Source: Neocallimastix sp. 'constans'
Lineage: Eukaryota
Reading direction: 5' to 3'
Length of the DNA: 64,000 nucleotides
Assembly: GCA_050613775.1 (NCBI GenBank)
Contig: JBODTK010000120.1
Coordinates: 434,001-498,000 of the forward strand
Made by a program: the position numbers and the translations under genes. The notes below the pieces were generated by a model. That model was not told where the DNA came from. It saw only the letters and a program-made list of their open reading frames with translations, and did not search any database. This document shows, piece after piece, positions 38,920 through 52,289 of the stretch; within the stretch, counting starts at the first letter, position 1, and every line of letters begins with the position of its first letter.

Positions 38920-40095
38920 ATGAGTTCTGAAGAAAAATCAAACTTAACTGAAACTCAACTGGAAAGTACGGAAACTTCTCTTGAAAATACTGAAAAATCT
39001 GATGAGGACAAAGTTGAAGAAATTTTAAAAAATACCAATACCACCAATGGAAAAGATAAAGGAAAAGGTAAACTATTAGAAACTGAAGTTGAAGCGAACT
39101 CTGTTATTGGTAATGAGGAGGTGAAAAAAAATGAAGAAGTTGGTGAAGTAGAAATTCATAAAATACCCGATAAGGATAATAAAGATAAGGATAAGGATAA
39201 GGATAAGGATAAGGATAAGGGTAAAGGTAAAGGTAAAGGTAAAGATAGAAATAATAGGAAGAGACCTCTTCGTACCCCACAAGAAAATTTTGAACATGAT
39301 ATCATTACGCGTTATCGTACAAAACTTTGGAAAAAGTTTAGAAAAGCCTTACAAGATTTTAAGTTGGTAGAACCAGGAGATAAGGTAGCTGTTGCACTTT
39401 CCGGAGGAAAAGATAGTTTATTAATGGCAAAACTTTTTGAAGAGGTACAAAAGCATGGGGACTTCTATTTCGATATTGTTTATCTTTCGATGGATCCCGG
39501 ATTTTCACCACCGAATAAAAAAATTTTAATTGACAATTGTACCAAGTTAGGTATTGATGTTAAGATTGAAGAATCGGATGTCTTTGAAGTGGCCAATAAA
39601 ATGAGTCCTAATCAACCGTGTTTTATGTGTGCTAAAATGAGAAGAGGTTTTCTCTACCGTAAGGCAAAAGAATATGGTTGTAATAAATTGGCGTTAGGAC
39701 ATCATTTTGATGATATTATTGAGACTACCCTTATCAATATATTTTATGCCGGCTGTTATAAAACGATGGTACCCAAAGTAGATTCTGAAAATTATGAAGG
39801 CATAACGTTAATTCGACCCATGGTCTATATTCGTGAGGAGGACATCCGTAGTATTATGAAAGACAATGATATTACCTGTATGACCTGTGGATGTGCGGTA
39901 GCCTCCAGTAAATTACCGTCGACACGTCGTAATGTTAAGGAGTTAATTCAGGAGCTAAAAGAAAAGTATGGTATTAAGGAACAAAATATCTTTAGATCTG
40001 CGGCCAATGTTAACTTGAATGGTATTTATGGGTACAAGGATGATCAGGAGCGTTTTGACTATAATGATATTTATAAACGTGGTAGACGACAATAA
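38920..40095 (+). CDS. ttcA: Bacterial-type tRNA 2-thiocytidine(32) synthetase TtcA homolog with a charged N-terminal extension
   Basis: PP-loop VALSGGKDS, MDPGF, PCFMCAKMRRG, LALGHHFDDIIET, LIRPM and CMTCGC. It is intronless and lacks the terminal zinc-finger CxxC pairs of eukaryotic Ncs6/Ctu1. Confidence 0.82.
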   Translation: MSSEEKSNLTETQLESTETSLENTEKSDEDKVEEILKNTNTTNGKDKGKGKLLETEVEANSVIGNEEVKKNEEVGEVEIHKIPDKDNKDKDKDKDKDKDKGKGKGKGKDRNNRKRPLRTPQENFEHDIITRYRTKLWKKFRKALQDFKLVEPGDKVAVALSGGKDSLLMAKLFEEVQKHGDFYFDIVYLSMDPGFSPPNKKILIDNCTKLGIDVKIEESDVFEVANKMSPNQPCFMCAKMRRGFLYRKAKEYGCNKLALGHHFDDIIETTLINIFYAGCYKTMVPKVDSENYEGITLIRPMVYIREEDIRSIMKDNDITCMTCGCAVASSKLPSTRRNVKELIQELKEKYGIKEQNIFRSAANVNLNGIYGYKDDQERFDYNDIYKRGRRQ

Positions 40096-40614
40096 AAAAA
40101 AAAAAAAAAAAAAAAAAAACATTTTTTTTTTTTTTACTTCTTCATATGAATATTATCATTAATATTCTAATTATTATTTTTTTTTTATTTGTTAATTTAT
40201 TTATTTATTTATTTATCATTAGAATACATATATATATATATATATATTTTAATTTCATTATTAATAAATATAATAATAAATTGCTATCCTATATATTTTT
40301 ATTTTTATTTTTTTTTTTTTTTTTTTTATAATTTTCTTAATTTTTTTTTTTTTTATTTTTTTATTTTTTAATTAATTATTTATATATTTTGTGTTATTAT
40401 AAAACGTGATAAAACAATCAAGATAAAAAAAAAAAAAAAAAAATTAAAACTAAACTAAAATAAAAAATAAAAATATAATAATAAATAAAAAATAAAAATA
40501 TAATAATAAAAAAAAAAAAAAAAATATCATTAGAGTTATATATATATATATAAAGAAAGAAAGAAGGATACTAATAAAATATATCTATATATATATATAT
40601 ATTAATGTTTTTGT

Positions 40615-40655
<41 letters not shown>

Positions 40656-40729
40656 GTTTTTTTTTTTTTTTAAAAAAAATAAAAAAAAAGAATAAAAAAA
40701 AAAATACATATATATATATGACAATAGAT

Positions 40730-41175
40730 TGTAGTTAGTAGTAGTAGTAGTAGTAATAGTAATAGTAGTAGTAATAGTAATAGCAGTAATAGCAATAATA
40801 GTAGTAATAACAGAAGTTGTAAGTAGTAGTAGTAGTAGTAATAATAGCAATGGTAGTTTTATTGATAGTAATAATAGTAATAGTAGTTAGTAGTTAGTAG
40901 TAGTAGTAGTAGTAGTAGTAGTAATAATAGTAATAGTAGTTTTAGTGATAGTAATAATAGTAATAGTAGTTTTAGTGGTAGTAATAATAGTAATAGTAGT
41001 TTTAGTGGTAGTAATAATAGTAATAGTAATAGTAATAGTAATAGTAATAGTAGTAATAGTAATAGTAATAGTAATAGTAATAGTAATAGTAATAGTAATA
41101 GTAATAGTAATAGTAATAGTAATAGTAATAGTAATAGTAATAGTAATAGTAATAGTAATAGTAATAATAATAATA
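40730..41175. repeat. (TAG)n/(TAATAG)n simple-repeat tract
   Basis: Direct reading; explains the spurious VIVI and poly-T ORFs. Confidence 0.9.
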
Positions 41176-41319
41176 TTTTAGAAATAATATATACAGTTAG
41201 AGGTACTAGTAGTAATAGTAGTAGGATGAAGATTAAACATATTTTAATTTATAATAGGAAATTGATAATATATAAAAAAAAAAAAAAAAAAAAATTGTTT
41301 TTTTTTTTTTTTTTTTTGT

Positions 41320-41610
41320 TTAATTAAAAAAATAAAAATAAAATGTATGTAAAAGATGAAGTAAAATAAAAAAATAATTAAAAAAAATAAAAATAAAATA
41401 TATGTAAAAGATGAAGTAAAATAAAAAAAAATAATTAAAACAATAAAAATAAAATGTATGTAAAGGATGAAGTAAAATAAAAAAAAATAATTAAAACAAT
41501 AAAAATAAAATGTATGTAAAAGATGAAGTAAAATATAAAAAAAATAATTAAAAAAATAAAAATAAAATGTATGTAAAAGATGAAGTAAAATAAAAAAATA
41601 ATTAAAAAAA
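41320..41610. repeat. Tandem repeat of about 58-60 bp, 5 copies (core tgtatgtaaaagatgaagtaaaat)
   Basis: The core recurs at about 41344, 41401, 41455, 41511 and 41568. Confidence 0.9.
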
Positions 41611-41619
41611 AAAAAAAAT

Positions 41620-43885
41620 TTCGTTGTGGTATCCACTAAGTTTCTCTCCTGAACGAACCACAAGAAAGATCATCAAAAAAATTGAATTACTTACTACTAT
41701 AGGTTTTCGGTGTTCGGAACGATGCTGTTAGTGAACGTGTTATTGATGGAAATTAGGAGAACTACTAATTGCACTATTCCTTTGCCATTTCAGTATTCTT
41801 GGTAATGAAAGTTTTTTTTTTTTTTTTTTTTTTTTTCTTGCTAAAACCTCTCAAAAAGGTAACTTAAGAGAGAGCTACAGATGATCGGTATTGTATTAGT
41901 AGGATATTCCGCAAGCCTCCCAACAATATACGGAACAGTAGAACCCCTGTGAACTTTTTTTTTTTTTAAGGAGTTGTTCACCTAAAATGTCCCCGTTCCC
42001 CCCAGTATCGAATTGTAGCTCATCTAAAACGGAAATTTCACCAAGAAGGAAGGAATATATAGATATACCTGCTTAATAAAATTTTTTTGATATTCTAAAA
42101 AAAATATTAGAATAAGAAAGGAAGTAAGGAAAGATTCCTTACTTTTATTGGCCAATAAAATGACTAAATCATTGGTAAAAATCTATAAGATTTACACATC
42201 GATGTAAAATAAAAAGTAGAACATTCAAATTATCTAATGAATAAAAAAAGATTGATCACCTTTCCCACAGCAAGGGCAGAAATTTAGGACAATTGTCAGA
42301 AACTCTACCACTTCTAATTTGCAAATTGCGGTATTATATTTTGTAACCAGCTCTTAATCTTTAAGATCTAAGTTAAAACCTAAACTTAAATGAGGGGGGG
42401 GGGTATTCAACGCTGAACTTGAATAGATTTCCGGTATTTATAAATTTGAAGTTATCGTAATTCGTCCTTTTTTAAATTTCTTAGAATTTAACAACATCAG
42501 TCCAATAAGATTCAATAACATCTTTGAATTTAGTGATATTCTATTTCCTAATTTTCTTGTAGAGATACCAGTACGTACACCAGTGATTTTTTTATTTCAA
42601 CCAAGAATAACATGGCATGGAAGGGATATGGTTTTTGAGATCTTTAATGATACATTTGGAATTTCTCCATTTACAAAAATATTTTTTATTTTAAGAGAAG
42701 CGCAAAAGCCAGCCATTTGGAAATACTTGAAGATCACGAGATAAAGGCATCAACACTAACCGTTTTGTTCCTTTTTTGATATAATTTTTTTTCAATGTTA
42801 TGATAATCTTCCTTGTTCGAGGAGTCAGAATCAATACACCATAACAATACAGTGTTAATTAAGGATTATACATTCATTGAATTTTTTTTTTTTGTATGAA
42901 CCGAAAAGTGGAGCAAAATATAGTGCTTTACTAATAAATATATGATTGAATAATAGAATCTTTTTAAATGTTAATAGAACTTTATTATTGATTAGATAAA
43001 AAAACTAGAGAAAGAGAAAATAAGGATATTCTAATTTTAGTATTCATATAAGTGATAATAGGCTTAAGGGAAAGATTATTACTGAAGGGGGATACCTAAG
43101 TAGATATACATAGATTCTTTAGGGATTAGAATACATACCAAGGTGAAATGTAGGTTTCTTCATAACCAGGATATGAAACAAAATTTATGGGTTTAATAAC
43201 CATCGTAGAGCATTTTTTTTGATACCAAAAGACTTTTCATTTTTATTAGCTCAACGAAAATAAAAAACAATGACAAAGGTAGAGCCTTTATTTTTCTTTC
43301 ACTAGGGGCTATAAGAAACAATATCATTAGTAAAAAAAAAAAGACCACCACAACATTTTTTTTGTATTATCAATACTAACACCCATATTTATCACAATTA
43401 TTTTTTTAAAAAAAAAAAAAATATCATTAATGAATAAATTAAAATAAAATTGGTGATAACACCACGATGATTAGGAAATTTATTTGATAACGTATGAAGG
43501 TAACGAACGAGCTCTAGCTTTAGAAGTAAGATAGAACTTAGAAATGAATTCAAACCAATTTTTTTTTCATGGATACCCAAGGTGACCAAGGTGAAAGATT
43601 TTTTGTGTCGAATGTTGAAAATGGGAACAGAGTCGAAGGCTTTTTTTTTTTTTTTTTTTTTAAATCAAGAAAAGTTACCTAGGTGAATTAACCTTTAAAT
43701 TTTCTTCTTTGAGAAATTTCTCTATCTAATAGAAATGTAGAGACTGATATATTCTTTATGATTTTTCGAAAACCAAATTGTTCAGGTCTAATAAAATAAT
43801 GTTCAAAAGCATATCTGGAGATTCTATCGATGATTATTTTTATTAGAATTGAAAAAGACATGGTGTTAATCAACCTAATAATTTT
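41620..43885 (-). mobile_element. Highly degenerate LINE with RT and C-terminal remnants, related to the element at 6256-8873
   Basis: Broken RT motifs LINT..KII.DRIS..IRPEQFGFRK, FLD..AFDSVP and YLGIP. C-terminal VSDNCP and GLAEY mirror VSENCP and GLAEF of the first element. Confidence 0.8.
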
Positions 43886-43913
43886 AAATAATAATTAAAT
43901 TTTAACATATAAA

Positions 43914-43946
<33 letters not shown>

Positions 43947-44827
43947 AAAAGGAAAGGTGAAAAAAGGAGAAAAGGATACAAGAAAAGAGCCAAGTGAAAA
44001 TAATAATAATTATAATAGTAATAACAATAATAATAATAATAATAATTAAATTAATTTTATATAAAAAAAAAAATTGTAAAAAAAATAAAATTTTTAAATC
44101 GGTTTACATTCATTTTGAACTTTTTTTATTTATTTAATTTTTATTTATATTTTATTTTTATTATATATAATATATTTTTTTTATTTTTTTTTTTCTAATT
44201 ATTTTTTTTTTTTTTAAAAAAAAAAAATACAATATATATGTATATATTTTAAAATTATTTTTTATTTTTAAAAATTAAAAATAAAAAATAAAATAAAAAA
44301 AAGATATATATATATGTATATTTATATAATTATAAGAAAAAAAAAATTGGACGACGCTTATTTTATTTATTTATGTATCTATCTTATATACATTAATGAT
44401 AATATATATCATCAAAAACAAAAAAAAAATCTTTTTATAAAAAATTTAAAAATAATAATATACTTTTACTTCCTTTATTTATTATTATTATCATCATTAA
44501 TATTTTATTCAAAAAAAAAAAAAAAAATAAAAAATAAAAAAATAAAAATAAAATAAAAATAAAAATAAAATAAAATGAAAAAGGTTTTAATATTATTATC
44601 TTTTTCAATTTTTAATTTTAATTTTTATTTTATTTTATTTTTTTTTTTTATTAAACTTTTTCCTCTCCTCTATAGTATTAAATTTTGATTTGATAGAGAG
44701 AAAAATAATATTAATAAAAAAATAAAAATATATTCTATATAATTTTTTTTTTTTTTTTTTTTTTTTTTTTGAAAAAAATTTTTTTCTTAAAATATTTTTC
44801 TATCAATTTAATTTATTGTTTTTCTTT

Positions 44828-44868
<41 letters not shown>

Positions 44869-45108
44869 TTTATTTTATTTTTTCTTTTTCTTTCATATTT
44901 TAAATTCTATTTCTATTTTACATAAAAATAAAAATAATTAAAATAATAATTTTAATTAATTATATTTTATTATTGTATATCTTCTCAATAATAATATTAT
45001 TGAATTATTATTATTATTATTATTTTTTTTATTTTATTTTATTTTATTTTCAAAAACTTTTTTTATTTTCTTTTTCTTTGTATATTTTTTTTTTTTGTAT
45101 TTTTACTT

Positions 45109-45756
45109 TTAATAACCATTTTTGGTAATTTTCTTTACAATTCTTGTATAAGCAAATAATATAATGCTGTAGGTATTATCATGGTCATCAGTATAGTTGA
45201 TGTAATAAGCTAATTCAAAAATATTACCTGAATTATTTTTAGTGATAGGTTCGTATACTTTTTCAACTTCAATAGTATTTATATTATCCTGTTCAATTAA
45301 TAAAAATGGAACATTTTCAATATCATAATAGTTATTAAACTTCTTTTTTGGTACAACTTCAACACTGTCACCATCAATTTCATATTCTCCATTATAGTTT
45401 AATTGATTAAGGAATTCTGGAATTTCTTCTATGGAAAGTGGTTCATCATCAACATATCTTTCAGAAACATCAGTTTTAACTCTTAAATTAGAATAAATGA
45501 TTTCTTTTGTTTCCTTATCAATCATAAAAGTAGAATCTAAGTAACGAAGAGGAATATTATTAGATATTTCATCTAAATAAACGTAGACCACGTTATCAAT
45601 GACCACTCTAAATTTATAATCAAGGGCAACATTATATTTTTCTAGAAGAAATTTATCTACTACAGCTATATAATCTTCATCTGTAGCTTCTTCAGCCTTA
45701 CTGAATTGAATGAAAATTACCCAAACTAATAAAAGTATATATTTTAAGATATTCAT
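45109..45756 (-). CDS. Secreted hypothetical protein (215 aa, intronless)
   Basis: Signal peptide MNILKYILLLVWVIFIQFSKA-EE followed by normal-complexity acidic sequence. Confidence 0.75.
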   Translation of the reverse strand: MNILKYILLLVWVIFIQFSKAEEATDEDYIAVVDKFLLEKYNVALDYKFRVVIDNVVYVYLDEISNNIPLRYLDSTFMIDKETKEIIYSNLRVKTDVSERYVDDEPLSIEEIPEFLNQLNYNGEYEIDGDSVEVVPKKKFNNYYDIENVPFLLIEQDNINTIEVEKVYEPITKNNSGNIFELAYYINYTDDHDNTYSIILFAYTRIVKKITKNGY

Positions 45757-47856
45757 TTTGTTCTTTTTTTTTTTTTTTGCTCTTTAATCTCAAAAAGAAT
45801 TTATTATATTATATTATTTTATATTATTACTGTTAAAGTATAAAAATTTTTTTTAATTTTTATTTTATTTTATATATATTATATTGTTATTCTTAAATTA
45901 TATATTTATTTTTTTTTTATTTTTTTTTTTTTGACTTAATTTACTTATTTTTATTTTTATTTTTATCTTTTGTTATTGTTATTACTATGACTTTTTTTTT
46001 TTTGTTAACACTTAATTTTTGTATATATAGCCTTTATATTATTTTGGTTTTATATTTTTTAACTTTATTTATATATATATAAATTTTCATTTATTATATA
46101 GAAGAAATAAATTATAATTATATAATTGTTTTATTTAATATATATTTATAATCTATTTTTATAAGCAATTTTATTTCTTTACTGCTATTACTATTAAGTG
46201 TTTTAAATTATTTTTTTCTTTTTTAATTTTAGAAAGACAATAATGTTTTTCTGATTTTTATTATATTATATTGTAATTATAATTATTAAACACATATATA
46301 TTATATTATTTCATTTATTATATAATATATATTTAAATAAAAAAATATATAGATAAAAAAAAAAAAAAAAAGAATAAGAAAAATATATTGATATTTTTTA
46401 AGAATACTTTTCTTTTATATTTTTTAATTCTTTTAATTCTTTTTTTTTTAATTTCCTATCTATACTAAATTTATTCTATTTTATTTTTGTAATAATTTTT
46501 TCTTTATTAAAAATTTAAAAAAAAGAAAAAATAATATAAAAAAATTTTTTTGGTACTTTTCTTAAATATTTATATACTTTTTATTATTATTTAAATATTA
46601 TTTATTTAATTATTATTTAATTATTTATTTATTTAATGGTTCCTTTTTTTTAAATTAAATTAAATATAAATTAAATTAAAATATATAAAATATATAAAAT
46701 ATATAAAATATATAAAAATATATATAATATATAAAAATATATATAATAAGTAATAAGTAGTAAATAATAAATAATAAATAATATATATAGAATATAAAAT
46801 ATAATTGAATAAATTGAAAAATCAAATTTTTTTTTTTTTTTTCAATAAAATAAAATTTTAAATTCATTTCATTACAAAGAATTTAATTTAGATAATAAAT
46901 TATTAATATAAATAAATATATGAAAAAAATTTTTTTTTTATATTTTATTTTTATTTTTTATTTTTATTTTATTATCAATGATTTATTTATTTATCAAAAA
47001 ATTTATTATTAATTATTCATTTCTATATCATTATTATTAATTATTTCTATATCATTATTATTAATTATTTCTATATCATTATTATTTATTTATATATATT
47101 GATATTAATTTTATTTTAAATAAAATTATTTCAAATTTCAAATCATTTTAGTTAAACTTTTTTTTATCCAGTTAAAGCATATATTCCTTTATTAATAACC
47201 ATAAAAATGATTTCCTCTTCTTTTCTTTTATTTTTAGTTTTTTGCTTTTTTTTTTTTTTCTTTATTTTCTCTCTTTTTTTATTCAAATATAAAACAAATT
47301 ATTTTTCATTTTTATTCGTATTTTTTTTAATTTTATTTTTTTAATTTTTTTAATTTAATTTTTTTATTTTTTATTTTTAATATTCTTTTTAATCTTTATT
47401 TAAATTTATTTTTTATAATTAAAATTTTTATATTTTATTAAATTTAAACTTTATTTCTTAGTAATAAATGAAATTCTTATTTTTTATATTAATTCTTATT
47501 TTTTTTTTTGGTTTTTCATCTTAATTTTTTTACGGCACATCTTACTAATTAATTTATTTATTTATTAAAGTTTTTTTTAAATAAACTAATTTTATATTAA
47601 AAATAAATTAAAAATAAAATTAAATATAAATTAATTTCAAAAATTTAATTTTTTATGAATAAATAAAGTTTAAAGTAAATATATATTATTTATATATTAT
47701 TCATATATTATTTATATATTATTCATATATTATTCATATATTATTTATATTTATATATTTTTTTATATTCATCACTAAAATCTAATAAATTAAAATTTAA
47801 TAGGTCAAAAAATAAAAAAAATTTTTTAACCGTTTTATAATAAATAGATAAATAGA

Positions 47857-47943
<87 letters not shown>

Positions 47944-48871
47944 AAATAATTAAAAAATTTTATTATATATTTATTATATTTATTATATTTATTATATTAT
48001 TTTTTTTATAGATTTGATTTAATATATTATAAATATTATATATAATATATTTATTATATTATTTTTTTTATAGATTTGATTTAATATATTATAAATATTA
48101 TATATAATATATTTTATTTTATTTTATTTTATTTTATTATTATTTTTTATATTTTTAATTTTGTTAAATAACTTTGTTAGCCAAGAAACAAGTCAATAGA
48201 GAAATAAAAATAAAAAAAATATATATACATGTTTATATATATTCTTTATTACTATATAAAATGAATAATGAATAAAATGAATAATGAATAAATAATGAAT
48301 AAAATGAATAATGAATAAAATGAATAATAATAAATAATGAATAATGAATAAAATGAATAATAATAAATAATGAATAAAATGAATAATAATAAATAATGAA
48401 TAAAATGAATATTAATAAATAATGAATAAAATGAATATTAATAAATTATGAATAAAAGGGAGAGAGAGAGAGAGAGATAAAAAGATAAATGAATTTATTA
48501 AATCAATTCAATTTCTTCTCTAAAACTTTTTTTAAAACAAAAATAAAAATAAAAAAAATTATGGTAAAAACTTCATTTTCATTAGTTTAAATAATTTATT
48601 AAATGATGGTCAATAAATTTTTAATATTTCATAAAAACTAATAATTAAAATTTGATAAAATATTAAATATTAAATATTATAGAATTAATATTTAATTTTT
48701 TTTTTATTCTTTATAATATATATATAAATATATTTTTTTTGTTTATAGTTTTAAGGTTAGTTGATCCATTTGATCAGTAAAAATTTTAATGGTTAAAATT
48801 TTTATTCATTTTTTTATTTTTATTTTTTTTATTTTTTTTTGGAAAAAATTGTTTCAAACAATTTATTATTT

Positions 48872-48916
<45 letters not shown>

Positions 48917-51900
48917 ACGAATTTGTTAAAGATTTTTTAATTTTTATTTTTATTTAAATAGAATAAAATAAAAATAAAATAAAAATTATAAATTTATATA
49001 AGTATTAATGAATAGATAATTAGATATAATAAATTTGTAAAACTATTTAAGTATATATATATATATATATATACTATTTAGTAAAAAAAAAAAAAATATG
49101 GGAAATATAAATGGTTAAAAGTTGACATCAATATTTAAATAGTTCTTCAAATGAAGGATTATATTTTTTTACTTTTATTTGTAAAATATTTATATATAGA
49201 TATAGAAATAGATATAGAAATAGATATAGATATAGATATAAATATAGAAATAGATATAGATATAGAAATAAACATATATATAAATAGATATAAAAGAAGA
49301 TTTTCTTTTCAATTATATATAATATAAACCATATAGACAAATAGACAAAGAGAATCCAATTTTTCAATTTTCTTTTTCATTCAAAATTTTTTTTTTTATT
49401 ATATATATGTATATATAATTTCATTTGAAAATTAAAATAAAATGAAGTGAAATGAAAAAAAAGTAAAATTAAATAAATTATTAATTAGTTTCAAGGAATA
49501 ATTAAATCTGTCAATTTATTAAAAAAATTTAAAAAATTTAAAAAATCTAAAAATATCATTATTATTTGAAAATTTGAAAATTTGAAATAAATTAAAATTT
49601 ATTAAATTTTACTTCATTTAAATTTTCATTCACACACACACACCAACACACACACACGCACTCTCACTCCCTCACTCTCTTTCTCTCATTCTCTTTATTT
49701 TATTTTTATTTTTATTTTTATTTTATTTTATTCCACTTGTACTTTATATTTGTATTTTTACTATTTATTTTATTTTATCTTATTTATTTTATTTTGGTTG
49801 TTTTTACATTTTTTATATTATTATTTAAGGTTTAACCGTTTGTTGGGAAACTTCAATACGATCGTAAAATTAGTCTATCCATCCATTAAACTATTCATTA
49901 TTATTATTATTATTTTATTATTATTAATTCTTATTATTAATTATTTTTCTTTCTTTCATTATTATTATTATTGGTTCCCCTTCTTCTATTTTTTTTTCTT
50001 TTAATTATTGTATGATATATAAATATAAATATAAAATTAAAAAGTTGAAACTAAAGACTTAAAAATAAAAAAAAAAAAAAAAAAAATTAAAAATTAATTA
50101 AAAAAAAAAGTTATAAATAATTCCATAGATTACTTTTGTATTAAAAGATAATAATAGTATAAAAGACTTTTTTTTTTATTTTTTTCTTCTTTTTTAATAG
50201 TTATAAATTAGTGTCATCCATTATTTAAAGAGAGACTAAAATAATTTATTTTTTAAAAAATAAAATAAAATAAAAAAAAGAATTAAAATAATTAAGAGCA
50301 TGAGAAATAATTATAATAATTATAATTATAAAGTTAATGGTAACAAATAATAATACAGCTAATAACTAATAACAAATCATATTAATTTATCCTACAAAAT
50401 AATATTAACTCTATAAAATAAATAAAAAAATTAAAATAAATTGTTAACCATCTTTTAAATAATTAAATAATTAAATAATTAAATAATTAAATAATTAATT
50501 AATTAAATAATTAAATAATTAAATAATTAAATAATTAATTAATTAAATAATTAAATAATTAAATAATTAAATAATTAAATAAATCATTTTTAATTGAAAA
50601 AAAAATTTCAATTTTGAAAAAAAACTTTTAAATCAAATCAAAAATTTGACCGCATTATTTTTTAAAACTTTAAATTATAATAAAACTAATTAATTAATTA
50701 AATAATTAATTAATATTTTTTTCTTTAAAAAATAATTTCTATTAAATTTTCCAATTTGTACTAAAAAAAAAATAAATAAATAAAAATAAACTTATTTAAT
50801 AATATATTATAGTTCAATATATTGTAGTATATTTAAAGAGGTAAATAATATTAAATACTAATCTATATAAAACATATTTGACACAATTTCTTTATATGTA
50901 TAAATTAAATGATGTATACATGTATTACCTTATTTGATACAAATATTTTATATAAATATATTTAATGTATAAACATACTAATATTTAATTGACCAATAAA
51001 ACGCCCATCTTTATCTTTATCTTTCTTTGTATAAATAAAAAATATATAAATATATAAATACATAAATAAATAAATTAATAAATAAATAAATAATAAATAA
51101 ATAAATAATTAATTAATTAATTAATAATTGAATAATAAATGAATAAAAATAATAAATAAATAAATCAAGTATATTATTTATAAAGTATATTTTATTATAT
51201 TGCATATATAGTATAATATATAATATTTAAATAGAATAGAATTAAAGTTTTAATTGAATTTTTCCCGTCAAATTTTTTTTTTTTTTTTTTTACAACATTT
51301 TATAACGGAAAAAGAAGAAAATTTGTGAGATAGAAACCACACAACAAATAAAAAATAAAAAAAAAAATAAAAAAAAATTAAAAAAAATAAAATAATAAAT
51401 AAAAATTAATAAATATTAATAAATACATATTAAAAATATTAATAAATATTAAGTAATTGATAAAAATAATAGTTTTTATAAAATATTTTATTATTAATTA
51501 AAGTTTATTTATTTATTAATATGAATAATTATTTAAATGAGTTAATGATATACAACTCAAAAGTTTCGATGTATTTTTGCTGGGATTTATTTATTAAATT
51601 TATTAATTTATTTATTTATTTATTTATTTAATTTTATTATTGAGATTACATATATTTAAAAGTAATCTAACAACTTTCTTATACTTTTAATAACAAATTA
51701 ACTTAACACAACAGTACACATCTCTTAATTCAGAGAAATGCTTTATTTTTATGTTATTTAGTTATAATTAACTATTTATTTAATTGTTCTTGTGATTAAA
51801 ATAAGCTATTAAATGAATATAAATATTTATAATTATTATTTAAGGAAATATTTAATAACTATATAAATATAAATATGAAATAATAAGAGTATTGATTTAT

Positions 51901-52289
51901 GTTATAAGATTTATTATTAATTATAAATATAAATAATAATTAGAAATCAGGCCTCATATTGAAATTGTTATAAAATCATTAGATTTAAATTTGATTTATG
52001 ACATTAATTTATGTTTGAAAACTAATTTTTTATTATATTAATTAAGGTTTGAATATTTCATTTTTTATCATTAACTATCGATTTACAATTTGAAAAATAC
52101 ATGATATTTATACTAAATATGACTCATTAATTATATAATGAAAATCTTTATATGTTAATAACATAATATATTTCAAATATAATGAAATAAATTAAATAAC
52201 GAGAATAATTTTAATAATGAAATGATTTAATATATTTTACACAACTAAAATTAAATAAACACATATATAATAGATTTCAATATTCTAAC

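Noticed and set aside
38920..40095. Bacterial contamination as the source of ttcA
   Set aside because: The gene is flanked by host-type homopolymer-rich intergenic DNA, has a poly-A Kozak-like context and a low-complexity extension, and has no operon neighbours.
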